DNA of 64,000 nt from Phoronis australis (GCA_002633005.1 NMRA01000429.1:62001-126000), one strand, 5' to 3'; counted from the stretch's first letter, positions 49,497 through 63,432 are shown. Program-made: numbers and translations. The notes: generated from the sequence alone by a model not told the origin.

Positions 49497-50748
49497 TTAA
49501 GAGCGACCATAAATTTCAGTCGATTTTATGACAAAACTTAAATTTGTCTTATTTCAGTTCCACGAAAGTGATCTTGAACGGTAACACATGCAAATTTGGT
49601 TCCTACAGTGTATTAAGAGCATCGCTAACCCACTAGTGCCATATATTGCCAAATGTAACCAACTGCTAGGCGTATTACCTTGCTTTTGTCAACGTCACCG
49701 CGAGAATCACTTTTAATTCAAACAGCTTCGAATAACACCCACACGTAATGGTGCTCTATTCAGCCCTCTATTCAATACAACCTTTTGTTGTTTGTGCAGG
49801 GATCTGGCGGTGACGCATTATGACACGAAAAGGCAGCTTCACTTACCATTTGACGGGCTTACACTTGCGTGATTGAACTCGTGCTTCGTTATTTTACTAA
49901 GGCTTTGCTAAGACAATCTGGTTTGACTAATACATCTAAAGTAACAAAATTCGTTGAGGTTAGGCTTTAAGTCTGACTTGAATTTTTGGCTTAAGTTTTC
50001 TCTTTACCGGCCTTACCGGATGTGGAAGTTTCAAAGTTTGGAAGTTGAGACAAGTTCTAGACTTAACATGACCTTAAGTCGAGAGCGCATGAGCCTGTAA
50101 ATATACACGAGAGCACACGAGCCTGTAAATGCATTCATATGTTAGCTATAAAAGACGTAATTGCAACTAAACAGTATGTAAATATGTACGTAAGACAAAC
50201 TTAAGGGAACTTATACATAATCTAAATATTAAGGAACGATCGAACATGGCGTATTTGCCAAATCCTGAAAAGGGATTTTACAAAACCTTGATTGCTACTC
50301 TACTCGAACAATGCCAGGTAACAAAACCGGCACCCCAGAGCGCTTAAGATACTAGTATATGAATGAGTTATTAATATCTGACTATTCAGGGTCCATCTCA
50401 GTAAATGTGGAAATGGACGTCTGCTGTTGTCTGAACTCTTGGAGACCTTACAGGGGTGCCAAAATGACTTAGATTAGATATGCTAGGTACATGTACCGGC
50501 TAAAACTAATTTAAAACGGATAATAGCACAGCACTGAACACTGGGATGACCCATGACAGACAAACTGCTCTCTGGAATGGATCTGCCAAAACCCCAAAAC
50601 TGAGCCAGCTCATACAATCGAGGAACCACAAAAAAACAACTTCATGTGATTCAATACATGTCACTTCTCACTCAATGCTCCATGACAGACAAAACACACT
50701 CCGGGTTTGCCCGCCACGAGAAGCCCCCCAATATGGCCATTTCCGTGT

Positions 50749-51451
50749 ATACTGAGATTGACCCTAAGTGCTTCAATGATCAGATATTGGTAACTCGTTC
50801 ATACTTGCTAAGTGCTGTAGCTGTGCTGCCGGTCTAACTTCGTTTTAAAGCTACCACAGAAGACTAAGAACAAAAACAATTAAAACGAAATTGTACTGAA
50901 AGCGGGATTTGCGACATTTGATTGAAAATCAAGTGGCATGAACGACTTTTGAGTTTTTATGAAGTGTGAATGAACCGATTGTTATTCATTCTTTCGTTAT
51001 TTTGAATAAGAACGTGAATGTCCGGACACAAATATGTACTTCTGCGTTATCTGTGAATGCGTTTTAGGTATTGAGATATGATGGATACAAAGCAGGGAAN
51101 ATACTGAGATTGACCCTAAGTGCTTCAATGATCAGATATTGGTAACTCGTTCATACTTGCTAAGTGCTCTAGCTGTGCTGCCGGTCTAACTTCGTTTTAA
51201 AGCTACCACAGAAGACTAAGAACAAAAACGATTAAAACGAAATTGTACTGAAAGCGGGATTTGCGACATTTGATTGAAAATCAAGTGGCATGAACGACTT
51301 TTGAGTTTTTATGAAGTGTGAATGAACCGATTGTTATTCATTCTTTCGTTATTTTGAATAAGAACGTGAATGTCCGGACACAAATATGTACTTCTGCGTT
51401 ATCTGTGAATGCGTTTTAGGTATTGAGATATGATGGATACAAAGCAGGGAA
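50749..51451. repeat. Near-identical duplicate 50749-51099 / 51101-51451 joined by one N
   Basis: Both begin atactgagattgaccctaag; about 3 SNPs; N at 51100. Confidence 0.9.
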
Positions 51452-52099
51452 ATACAGAAACGCGAGAAAACAATACTTACAAATGAAAACCAAACGGGTT
51501 ACTTCTTGGACGTCCATTATCATTGTCTACACTGCACCATTCCTGCCAAGCGTTAGTTTTCGTTGTTATCTTGAAGTCCAACTTCTGTTCCAGGTTGTAC
51601 ATGTGACTTCTGTGTTATGCAACTTCCCTGACAATGTTTCGGTGGAAGTGGGTGTTTCCAGTTTGAAACTGTTGAGGTCACGGGATAATGGCTACAGGTT
51701 TTACAGGATATGTTTGTCACCCAAATCTGAGACCGTATCGGTTCATGCAATTTCAAAGCTTCGATATTGGAATTGCATTACTCATCTAAGATGTCATTTT
51801 CGGTTTTGAAAACTGGGGAGTTTTGGTTCAAGCCTGTCCCTGATGGGGATCAATTACAAATAAAACAACAATGATGTAACAGCTATCGTACGTTTTCAGT
51901 TGCAGGGACAATTTGGACTATAAATATAACAAACGGAGTAAAGAGTAATGGGTACGGAAACAATGAGTTGAATGTTGAACTCTAACACAGAATACTGCTC
52001 AAAATAGTGGCATCTTTGAACCGATCAAGACATATATTGTACTGACATGTCAATCAGGTTATTAAAGCGGCATTGATGTTCTTAGGCATTATGATACTT

Positions 52100-52640
52100 A
52101 AGTTTATCAGCTATATAGCAAACCAAAAGTTGAGTTAAAATGGGAGATGGTGTTGAATTTGCAATTATCTGATGAATGGTGGAGAAAAACCTACTGTTGC
52201 TCTGTAGACTTCACATCTGATACGAAATTAAAATGGTTTCAAGTTAGATTGACCCACATAATTTTAAGTACAAACACTTTTCTCCATAAAATTGGAGTTA
52301 ATAACTCGCAATTGTGCACCTTTTATAAAAAGGAACCAGAGAAATTAATTCATCTCTACTGGTCTTGTCATGTTGTGTGTTCCTTTTGGTCGGCATTATT
52401 TCTATGGATCGACCAAAAAGTAAATATAACCCTAAATCCTGCCATCATCGATATCCTTTTTGGTAAGCATTCTGAATCAAAAGTAATAAATCTAGTATTG
52501 ATATTGGGTAAATATCGTATATATCGTCGTAGGTTTGCCCTGTATTGAACATCTCAAGGCAGAGATATATGAATACTTCAAAATTGAAAAATACACTTTT
52601 GCCAAAAATTGTGAACTTTTGGAATTTCATAAGAGACGGT
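52100..52640 (+). mobile_element. L1/Tx1-type LINE 3' fragment (zf-RVT region)
   Basis: DTKLKWFQVRLTHIILSTNTFLHKIG...LCTFxKKEPEKLIHLYWSC..V.SFW, the CCHC zinc-binding region after RT; degenerate. Confidence 0.85.
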
Positions 52641-53259
52641 CTCCTATGGTTCTTTTGTTTCATTGACTGGGGTTACAACTAAGATTTAGGCCCCCGGAGT
52701 GAATGAGTGTATGAATGTGTATATTCCCTTTAAATTTAGTGTATGTCTCACGCTACTTATGAATGAACAAATGTTAAAAAACTTGGGGACTCCTTCGAGC
52801 CCCCCCGAACCTCCAATTGTTGAAATCACGGAACGTACATCATGGGGAATAGGTCAGAATAAAGAAGGCGAACTGAAAATGTTCAAATGAATTCATACAT
52901 TTCTCTTCTTATCTGCATTAGTGTTTGCTGCGAAATGAGGTCAAATTTGTGATCAATCTCGACTAACACACATCTGACCGACAAGACTGTCGTATCAACA
53001 TACAGTATCAGCTTTTGGTTGCAATTTTAATAGAAATAAAACGACCAAAATTTTCAGGAGAAAACTCTTGTTTGAATGTACAGATATATACACTGTCAGA
53101 CTGAACATCAGTTAGGCATCAACAAAGCAATGGTTCCACTTCAAATCACGCTTCATCATTCAACTTGTTAGAATCACACAACATGCATTGATGTCAAGCA
53201 CACGGCTTAGCTGTGTTGATTAACAATTGGATTGAAACGTGGTAGTGGCAAGTGGGGGT

Positions 53260-53400
53260 TGCAGAGGTCACCATTTTCAATGAAACACGAAGGTTGCACC
53301 AGCAGGAGGTACGCGCATATACTATTATTATTTACAAGTGTCCGTGGCTTTCGGCATGCAGAAAGGATAGGGTAGGGCGAGGGGGTGGGGCAGTCAAGAA
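53260..53400 (+). mobile_element. LINE AP-endonuclease fragment (CR1/L2-group)
   Basis: ET...RKDRVGRGGGAV motif typical of LINE endonuclease N-terminus; short and decayed. Confidence 0.5.
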
Positions 53401-55240
53401 ACACACTGTGAAACATGGATCATCTATGCTCACTCAAAATGTGCTTATTCAAAATACTTATAAATACCGAGGAAACGTTATACGCACCGTTGTATCTTAT
53501 TTTTTTAGGAAATGCTAAGTTTAGATCCTGCAGGGCCCCTCTCTGGCAACTGATAATGGAGACATCTGTATCTCTGTTTTAGTTTTGTAAATATTTTATA
53601 TCAATCTTAGCCTTCACTGAGAATTCACAACTCTGTTAGGCTTATGGGTGAGTACATCATATGTGGGCCATTAATGCTGATGTTCTAAGCTGACCCTGAG
53701 GTTTTTCGATAGTACAGCGAATTTTGGCCACATCAGATTAAATGTCGAATATATCCTGGGCATCAAGATACGCATGGACATCGTGCTACAACTGGGCAGT
53801 GAAAGAAGAAAGAGTTCTCTTAAATTGAATGCAATAGTATATCGTTTAAATAATTAACAGGAAGAGGTACCGAAACTGCAACCGGAACTCCGTAACACGT
53901 GTCAGTCGGTCTGCCCCAAGCAATTGTTGGCTGCAACTTGTCGCTTGTCAATCCAAATGCAGCTTTTTTTCAGATTTTAATTCTAAACTTGAAAATTCCC
54001 CACAATTCTACAAAGTATTCAGGTGCCAATTTGTTACCCAATAGGACAGTAACTCTGACGTGAGATCACATTCAGTTTAAATTACTGTGCACTCAGGCTC
54101 ATATTGAAGACATTGAAATTTATTGTGGTCGGTTGAAGACGATGTCAATACGTGCTGACTACAATGAACAATAATTTTCAAAATAAACTGGACAGCGTTC
54201 AAATTTGACGGACTTCAGGCGCAGTTTCAATCTCCACCAAATCTCGTCCAATTTTCAACAAATGTAACTACCCGTATACCCACGGTAGTCGTAATTGCGA
54301 CAACTTACTGTGCATGTCGCTCACACAAACAATCAGCACACAGCAATGACGTCACAGTAAACTCAAACAACAGTTTAACAAAAATGCTATTATAGTGCGA
54401 CAAAAGTGAGACGAAGTTTCTAATAATTATGTAATTCTGGCAATATGTCTACCTAATTTGGATTTATTTTGAAAAGTATGCTACTGATTGTTGATGCTAA
54501 TTGTGTAGCTTACAAACTGTGTGAGAATGTGTCCGCAAAAAGTTTAGCTATGAACACTAAGCAGTCGTATCTGCCTTTTAGTGATGTTTTCAACTTGATC
54601 CATGAATTCAAAGTGCACCAAAGCCATGCTCAATTCAAATAGCTGACAAATTTTATGGCAATATGTACGTGTAGTTTAGCCTCCGAATGCTATACTTTCA
54701 ATATAGTGCTTCCACAACGGCTTCTGCAAACGGTAGAAACAAAATGAGCATGCTTGTAACATGGAAACTAAACCCCATAAAACAAAATTATAACTCTTCA
54801 CCACTTCCTTCCTTCCAGCATAGAAGTGTAGACCGAAAGTTCAAGGCTACGAGCTAGTCTCATACATCCGTTAATGTTGCCTCTATCAACCGGTAACGTG
54901 AGTAGCCTGCTTTTAGAAAAACGGAAACTTCCAATTGGTCCAAAAGAATCTGCATAGGAGTTAACGTTGGTCAAGTTTGTTTTAGGAGGTGAAATCATAA
55001 AGCCTGCGTCTTTATATTAGAAGACGAAGGGTGTGTTCTTGGAGTTTGTAATGATTTTGTAAAGATTATAGCTATTGATAACCGTAGACATTCAAGTTGG
55101 TGAAAGAATAAAAAGTTATGGTAATCCAACCAACTGGTTACCACCGTGATTTTCTTACAAGCATTAGTCAAGTTGTAACCACATATTAATGTACATATAC
55201 AATGTTTTAGTATAGACTACATGTAAATTAATAGAAAACA

Positions 55241-55246
55241 TTTATT
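55241..55246 (-). terminator. Candidate polyadenylation signal of gene B
   Basis: AATAAA on the minus strand ~835 nt after the stop codon, followed by T-rich sequence. Confidence 0.4.
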
Positions 55247-56080
55247 GATTAAAACATACAAAACACATAACTATCAATACGACACACTAACATTGTTAAG
55301 TTATCATTCTCGTTTAACCTAACATTTGAAAACTACACATGAGTCCGTTTAAGAATGTACTTTTGAATTCAGTTCGTTAATCTTCCATCCTTGACCACGC
55401 CATTAAAACACTGTAGGACTTGTGAGTTTGCCGCAAAAAGACAATAGATGTCGCTACGAGCGCGCCAAGCCTTGAAAGTGCAGTTCCCATGCACCGGATG
55501 TAATCAAAAACTCACTGGATAATGACTAAAACACAGCTGACGCCAGTGAAGGATGCAATATCAACCAATCTTTATGCACATTCCATAAAAACATGTATAC
55601 ACAACAGGTAAAATACGTTAGGACAATCTTTTTTAAGTAAGAACATTCACTAAGTGTTCATCACCTTTTCGTAACCGTCAAGAACCTGAAGTTGTTAATC
55701 GTTTGGCCATTGTAATACGAACAACACCAATCCGATAAGGTACCAAATTCGTCGATACGCGCACACGAATACTGTACGGGCACAAGGTGATTGTCTGCTG
55801 ACGAATCAGTAGTCAGGCGACCACATTTCGAAACCAAGTACTTACGGCAGTGGCCTCCAAGCTAACGACTACTAACAAAGCGTTGTATTTTTTGTCGGAG
55901 TAAGCTAGATATCCTGTCACCGAATTATTGCCGGCCGAAAATAGTTTCTACTGCATATGAAGTAAAAGCTACATAACACCAATGGAGAATCAAACAAGGA
56001 TCGTATTTAACACACATAGAAACTAGAAAGCAATAACTGACGTATAGGTGGCAGCATGGTCGCGTTCTAATCAACAACGA

Positions 56081-56155
56081 CTAGGAAAAGTTGGCGTAAG
56101 TGTCAAACGACTGGATGAACTTCTCCGCCATACTGTACAAAGAGCTGTACTGAGC
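56081..56155 (-). CDS. Gene B last coding exon
   Basis: [24 protein letters not shown]; CAG acceptor, TAG stop at 56081-56083. Confidence 0.9.
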   Translation of the reverse strand, partial: AQYSSLYSMAEKFIQSFDTYANFS

Positions 56156-59100
56156 CTGAAATGACAGTATACACAGGGTAAAAAGGCAGTGTGGACACAA
56201 GGAAAATGGAGGAAAACAATTACTAAGTGCATGGAGCCCAGAAACTTTTCGCATGTAAGGTGACACTCTATCCCAAGTTTCAATCAAAATTTGATATCCT
56301 GATTCGAAAAACAACCAAATCAGCTTGTACTTGAAAGTAGAATTCTTCCGGTTGTCACAGGTCAACACCAAGCGATATCCACGCAACATCCTCGAGAACT
56401 CTTTGACTTGTTAAATCAAAAACGTGCTACGCTGCGCTGAGGCCAGTAGAAGGCCAATAGATGTTGTCAATGAAACACAGGTATGAAGGACCCGAGAACA
56501 ATTACAGCTACAATGTAAATTAAAATTTTGCTGTAGTCGCTGTGCAAAGAGCAATGACCGCAATCGTTAACCGGAAACACGTACCACGCTGGTAATAAAC
56601 TGGAATCTAGTGGCTCTAATACTTTTCACAGTCTGGAATACGTCGACACCTTGATCAACTTTGATCTTCTCAAACAGGTTGGCAAGGGTACAATAGTATC
56701 CGCTACGAGTACAACCGTCCCTGAAATGAAAGATTTAGTGTCAAATTGACAGAAACAAAACTACTGCATTCATTTTACAGCCACTTGCTCCACTTCAGTT
56801 TATAAGTTTTGAATGTTTGGAAAGTAAAGTCACCTCCATGCATTAAATGAATCATACATATTCCAGCATGCCCTGAGTGTCGCTTTCACATTGATGCCGC
56901 AACCCCCACCCCCCGATTTGAGGAATTTCGATGCGTGGCAAGAGCTTAACTGGAAGCCTTAAAGGAGAAGGCAAGCCTTTCAGGTCATTTTTAGTATACG
57001 GTTCGTTGATTGTCCAGCCATATTTTTCAGTTAATTGCAGCTTCCCGTAACCTTATTTATTAGTCTTGCCATACTCCGTAAGTGACGTTTAAGGAGTTAA
57101 GAATTTCTTGCCATTTTGTTTCTACGTTCGAGTTTAGTGTGAGGAGCTGTTCTACTGTTGTTATGTTGCTGGTTTCCTGAAATTGTTGCCACCACCTTTC
57201 ATCGACGAGTATTCTACGACAAGCTAGATTGTAAGAGAGCTCAATTACGTTGGGTTTAGTTTGCAGTAGCTTGAAATGAGCTGAAATCGGCGACCCATAT
57301 CACAGACACAGTGGCGTGAGTGACGGAGACATTGTTCAATGCAGTGGTGACAAGGAATTTTTTCACGAACAGTCAGTAGGCGGATATACATTTGATCCCG
57401 AGTATAGCGAGGCAGAATACACACAGACAGCTGTTGAGAGGGATGAGGCAGAGACTAAGGACATACGTGCCGGGACGGCTTAGTGCAACTGCACGGTGTG
57501 CACTGCTATGCCGATCTTAATGAAATGTATATGCTGTTCCCTCTGGATGGTGACCTGAGCACCCAAACCCCTTACATACCGCGAAACTCCCTCGCCACAC
57601 ACCTGGTAACTTCTAAACAGCTCTAACACTTTTGCCAAGTTCCCAATAAACTTATCAAAGTTCGGCTCGCCGGCCTGTTCACTGGATATCAACCTGTCCT
57701 TCTCACTGGCTGGCGAACTTGGCCTATATTTAATCCCACTATTCAACATCGCTTCAGGGCTCTGGGCTGGAGACAACACCAGCAGAGGTCGAATCACTGC
57801 TAGTTCCCGGAAGTGCGCGCTCCGGGGGATGTTTGGATGCACAGGCGACAGTAGATGAAGGGCCTCCAGTCACTGTGGAGGTCAGAGCTCGCGAGGCCTC
57901 TCGCTTCAAAAACGGAATTCTCTGGGTGGCGACGGGTACTGCCGGCAATAAACATTGAAGGTATGACAACCTTCTTTAGGCATTGTCATCAATTCCGCGT
58001 ACATATCTCTTTCGTAGTCCGACGGCAGAAAATGCCACATTCTCGATAATTCCTCACTGCATTGTACGTTGGGTGGGCGGGTAATGCTGCGTTCTTACAC
58101 AAACGACCCAAGTACGGTGGGGTTGGTCATCTTTCGGAAGGCGATGTAATGGCACACCCAAAGTGCGCGTGAGAAGATAATGAATACACCCTGGCAAGCT
58201 GTATCAATGCGGGATGCTGACTGACTCGTAAACAAACGCGAACGGCGACCGAATTTGTCACAACCGAGGTAAAACAATGGCTGACTCGACAGCTCACAAA
58301 ATGGCGCGATATCTTTAAGCCCCTAAACGTCACTTCCTGAGTAGGGCACAACTAATTAAGAGAATTACTGGAAGCTATTATGAATTAAAATATGTCTGGG
58401 ATAATCAACGAATTCTATTTTTAGTAAAATGATATTAAAAAAGGTTGCCTTCTCCTTTAAACATGCATCACAACCCCTCTCAAAATATGTGGATTCTACT
58501 GGAAAGTAGCGTAACTCCCCTGCAGTGGAAGATGTGAATTCTAATCTGATCGGAAATAACGCAACAGATCGCGACATGCAATACTGATATTCAATAGAGG
58601 GTGCGAAACATCTACGCCATTTGATGTTTAACCCATAGAAATAATGGAAGCTCCGATTGCGCTGTCGATGAACATTTTTGTGGGAGAGGTAATGCGAGTC
58701 GCTATGTGTCTATGATAGTTTTCGCTAATGAAAAAACGACAAAAGAGACTCTAACAGAAATTCTGTACTTAATTGTAAAACACCTGATGGGTTTATAACA
58801 CAGAGATTGTATCTTAACCAGTTGATAAGGCGGATCCTGGGAAGTCAAAAAATTGCAGCCATTTCTGCATTCAACACGTTTCGTTTGTGAACATAAAATT
58901 TGCTATATTTACTCACAAACAATGTATTACAGCCGCGTTCTTCCCAGTTTGTTGCTGCGCCAGCTCCACAATTTCAATAAGTTCAATAAGCGCACTTTGT
59001 AGGTTCGATGGTGGCACAGCCAGTTTGTTTGGCCAGCCTCTTAATTGGAAATGTTTGATTTCCCGACCTTTGCTGTTTCGCTGAAAGAAACAACTCAAAA

Positions 59101-62100
59101 TGTGACTATGGTCTTACTGTTTTGGTAAGAAGGCACACGTATTCCCAATTATCACAAACATGGGATCTTCTGTTTATGGTGATCTAGTTTTAAAATACAT
59201 TTATCATTACTTCAACATCGCATGATGTTTGTGGACAGTGACGATGACACAAAAACAAGAGACGATGTACCATGCAACAAACGTACTATAGAACTCCGGA
59301 TTGATCAAGACAACACGAACAATGCAAAGTAACCAATACAATTACCCTCCTTGTGTCAGTCAAAACCAGAGTTCGCTGCTTGATAACGTCGCCATGGTGA
59401 TACCTTGACCCAACACATTCCACTTCATACCGTCCAAAGCGCACAGACTCTTCATCAGGCCAGTATTGAGGACAAGTCTAAAACAGTGGGTTACCAGTAA
59501 CATGAGTCATATTACTATCCAGGGACTCTTGAGTTTGCTTGAACTGAAAGTCAATATTTTCTGACAGCAGAACACAGGTAGTGTGCCCATTGCAGTAGGT
59601 GTTTTAGGGTTTTGTTCATGTATGTGCCATATCTTGTTTTTATTATTCTTGACGCAAAGGTTTGTGCTCCCATAAGTAAACTTTGATATTCCTACTACGT
59701 CTCTAGTATATCTTAAGATTGTTCCCTAGAGTTTGTTTAGGTTATTTCCCTTCTTTCTACAAGTTTGATAATTCCCTATCGCTTTAAGTACACTTTCACC
59801 GGTTTTCGTCTGCTCTGTTACACTTCTGTTGCCCGAAGGTGTCGCTGCATCGTGTAGCAGCACCGTAACTTCGGATGCCCGTTCGGTTGATAATTTTGCG
59901 ATACGTAGATTTAGATTTCATGTCATATGTGACTGTAGTGTGCTTTCTTCTATTTTACAGTTTTTACCATGCGAAATACACTTAAGTACATACACTTGGT
60001 CCTTTGTTGACATGTAGACTTTAATCTGTAACTTGACAACAATATGTCATTAATTGGATCACGTGACCATGTCGTTTTACGAAAATTTAGCTCAAAAAAT
60101 GTCCAAGAACATGACCAAAATCCATTTGATATAAGTTATCAAAATAAGCTCTCAAATGATTTGCAACAGGTTTTTAAAAATCCTTCATAATCGTTTTTTG
60201 CAACTTTTATGTTTGTTCACAAAACCATGTGCGCACACATAGGGGGGCGGGGGTGGGGCAGAAGTGGGCAAAAAGGTCTGCCTCAGAAAAAGTAGAAAAG
60301 GAGACAAAAAGTCCATGAAAAAAGGCAGACGCCCAATTCTTAGCTCCGAACGTACACCGTTTTTATCTTTTAGTAAAAGGTCCACATCCTCAAAAATACG
60401 AGCCCCCCACTTTTTAGGCTGGGTGAACGCAAGAAAACCACTGTTACAAATGCAAAGTTTTAAAAGGACTTCATAAAACGAGGTAAATAATATTTCATCA
60501 AAGAAAGTATATCGACATTTCATTGGAATCCAATCAGCCATATCTGAGACAATATGTTCTGAACATAGCCAAATTTGAACCCATTCTGCTGTCCTACATG
60601 AACACAGTGAATGCATTCAGGTGAGGGTCCGTATTTGGGATAAGCAAGAAGTGGGTTATCAGTAACACAATACCCACAGTTTATTTGCAGTGCGGAGATC
60701 AAATTCTATGGTTCTACAAACAACAACTCATCCAGAAGCTCCAAACGAAAGCATCGCGGTGCCTTTGCCACGAACGTCCGCATGATAGTGATGAGATGTC
60801 AGATCTCAGTTAAGGGAGATAACAACATGGTGACTATCCTTCATTCGCGCCCTCTATTGAAAGTCAAGTGTCTAGTAATATTACTTTGGTAAATCAGTAC
60901 AGGGTTAAACAAACTGAAATCTTAATGACGAGCCAACGACGAACATACTAAATCGATAGCACAAGGGAAACTTACGTCATCATTGTGGTTCGCGTCACTC
61001 AGCATGACGATCACTTGACAGTCGTGATCGTGAACCATCTTCCAAAAATCACACACTGTGTTGGGTAACGGACTTTGTGTGACGATGAATGCATCACGTT
61101 GATTATATCCCTGAAAACGCACATATCTGTCTAAAAATCACACAGAGATATGAAATGGTAAAAATAAATAGATACCTTTCTGAAGTCTTCCCCACAAGTT
61201 CAAAAGGACTGAAACCTACGAAAACACGACGGTTGAAGAAAAAATGAAATATTCGTCAACTTACGAACTTGAAATACTCCCAAGTATTGACAGTTGACAA
61301 ACAAACAGAATTACCAAGTAAGACTGGTGGTTAGATTCATGGCAAGACTCTGTGGTCCAATGAGGGACTCAATAGGTAAACACATTTTGTTGTCTGCAAT
61401 ATTGCGTTCGTTACGTTCAAGTCGCCCGGATGAAGGCTTGTAAACAATGGTCCGATCGTATAATGCGAAGTCAACAATATCACTCATTAACCCAACGCAG
61501 ACTTATTAATTCCGGATCTTTCTCACTAAATTTTGGTATAGCGCGTGGAAAGCACAAAGCGATAGGAACGAATATCCACGTGTGAATAAATTCAAATATC
61601 AAAGAGACACAGGATAGGGGGATATCACAGAAAGCAATTGAGTAGTAAATAAAAATCCGGGATCAATACATTTATGCTGTTTACATACGTTTCACTGCTG
61701 TCTATGTTTACAATCGATAAGTTGGTGACTGACTAAATCCTCGATCACAAGGTTATGTTCGCTTAACCATGAAGGCGCGCACCATAGCGGGCGGGGGGTT
61801 ATAGCCCCCACTTTTTCAATGCTGCGCCGCCCATGATGAAGGACCGGTAAATAATAGAAATGACGCTGTAACCAAATTTGAATTTAAAAAAGCAATACTA
61901 TCAGTAAAAAAGTTATCTACCCCATCTTGGTCCTTGCTCTGGTGAAAAGGATTTTTGGGCTCGCCATTGGGATATAATGACAAAAGTTTGAAACAAAGTT
62001 CTGCTCAAAAATGATCTCCTGTGGCATGTTATGCTGTAGAATTAGTTCTCCAGCAATAATTATCTGTTCTTTCCAAGCCCAAAAAATCGCATTTTTTGTG

Positions 62101-63432
62101 GCCTTAAGCATTTGACGGGAGAATGGAGTAGCATGGTTAGTTCCACTCACGTTCACGAACACTGCATTTATGTAGTCATTTCCTCCATCATCGGCCGCCG
62201 TCATCAAGAAGGGGCGACATATTCTAACTGCAATGATGTCCAGAACGCCGTATTAAAAAGTGCTCTAAGCTGGTTGACTTAAGACAATCTTGAATGTAAG
62301 TCTTATACCAATAATCCACAAAAATCTTGTTGGCCATCATTTTCAAAGTCAACTTCTATCCTACATGTACGTACGCTGGCATCCTGAATGTGGTGGTTAC
62401 TTCGGAACCATAGCTTATACTTAATAAGTTCCCAAAATCGCCACGAGGTGGGGACACTGTAGCATCAACATCATAGTTTATTATTTGCAATAAGGAATGC
62501 AAACCAGCCATATTGGCTTCAAGCAAGAAAAAAGTAATAGGAACATATCTAGATAATGAAAATTTAACGGCTATTTTAGGGTGGAATGCCGTTTTTTTTT
62601 TAACCATGAACATATTCAGAGTGAATGTAACATTATTTGTGAGAATCAAAAATTTCCATGACTAGTTCAGTAACCTTTTAAAGGTAATGATGGGCATAGC
62701 GAAAAATGGATTCATGAGCGATGCTCACTTTTAAAGTTGAAAAGTAGGCCAAACTAAATCAACAAAATCCTTTTTTGAGCTTCACAGTTTTCACTACAAA
62801 ATGGACAATTTCTTCATTCAGTAGCTAAAAAGGGACTATAAAATTTAAACTCACGTGGTAGAATGTTTGGATCTCTATTCTTGGAAGAGTTTTCTTTCAG
62901 TTTCCCCGCTGCATACTCCTCTGCGTCTGCAGCCAGGCACAGTCGATTTAGAGTCTACAATGAGAGTCAGTGACCGAGATTATAACAAATAACTAATGAA
63001 TTAAGTACATTTGACTTTACTTCATCGAGCACAACAACATCAACATCAACGACAACAACCAATATATAACTAACAATGACAACAATAACCTACATGTAAG
63101 TAGAACGACAAAAGCGATAACTTTAAAGTTCAACTAGTATATGGAAACAAATAAACAAAAAATCCACGGGAACATTCATTATTTTTTAAAATCTTTCCGA
63201 CGGACTTACTAGAAACCTTAACGTTGATTGACTAAAATATTTTGACAGTTAGCAGATAAACATTTCCCGCAAATTGCGTGCAATAGAAAATACTTACTTT
63301 GAGCTCTTCCTTTAAAGTGGTTTTGCTGGATATAATTTCCTGCAGACGAAACCGAAACTCAGCTGTTGGGATGAATGTGTCGCCTGTGTGTAGCTTTTCT
63401 ACCATGGCAGTGTAGATGAACTTGTATTGGTC
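56081..63432 (-). CDS. Gene B (spliced, 5'-partial): receptor-type protein tyrosine phosphatase, end of D1 plus complete D2 and C-terminus (317 aa visible)
   Basis: Exons 63298-63432, 62855-62954, 62151-62227, 60976-61110, 59346-59477, 58917-59080, 56585-56720, 56081-56155; phases compatible; motifs [66 protein letters not shown]. Confidence 0.94.
56585..56720 (-). CDS. Gene B exon: D2 signature, second half
   Basis: [45 protein letters not shown]; 136 bp, phase 2-0. Confidence 0.93.
56963..58456 (-). mobile_element. Kolobok DNA transposon (internally deleted, decayed THAP/transposase) in a gene B intron
   Basis: TTAA TSD on both sides; TIRs AGGAGAAGGCAAGCCTTT / AAAGGTTGCCTTCTCCT; minus-strand remnants VPLHRLPKD...[16 protein letters not shown] (THAP) and [17 protein letters not shown]. 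Confidence 0.85.
58917..59080 (-). CDS. Gene B exon: D2 WPD-loop region to HC
   Basis: [18 protein letters not shown]...AAVIHC(L); phase 0-2. Confidence 0.93.
59346..59477 (-). CDS. Gene B exon: D2 YWP region
   Basis: [44 protein letters not shown]; phase 0-0. Confidence 0.92.
60976..61110 (-). CDS. Gene B exon: D2 TQxP/DFW region
   Basis: [37 protein letters not shown]. Confidence 0.95.
62151..62227 (-). CDS. Gene B exon: D2 DYINA
   Basis: (L)[25 protein letters not shown]; phase 1-0. Confidence 0.93.
62855..62954 (-). CDS. Gene B exon: D2 start (KNR motif)
   Basis: [33 protein letters not shown]; phase 0-1. Confidence 0.9.
63298..63432 (-). CDS. Gene B exon: D1 tail and D1-D2 linker
   Basis: [26 protein letters not shown]...LKEELK (QYxF..GDT linker of tandem RPTPs); phase 0-0. 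Confidence 0.92.

Noticed and set aside
51481-51760. Candidate first exon of gene A (MIMDVQEVTRLVFI plus GTAAGT donor)
   Set aside because: Direct splicing to exon 26544 creates a TAA stop and no bridging exon was found; unsupported without transcripts.
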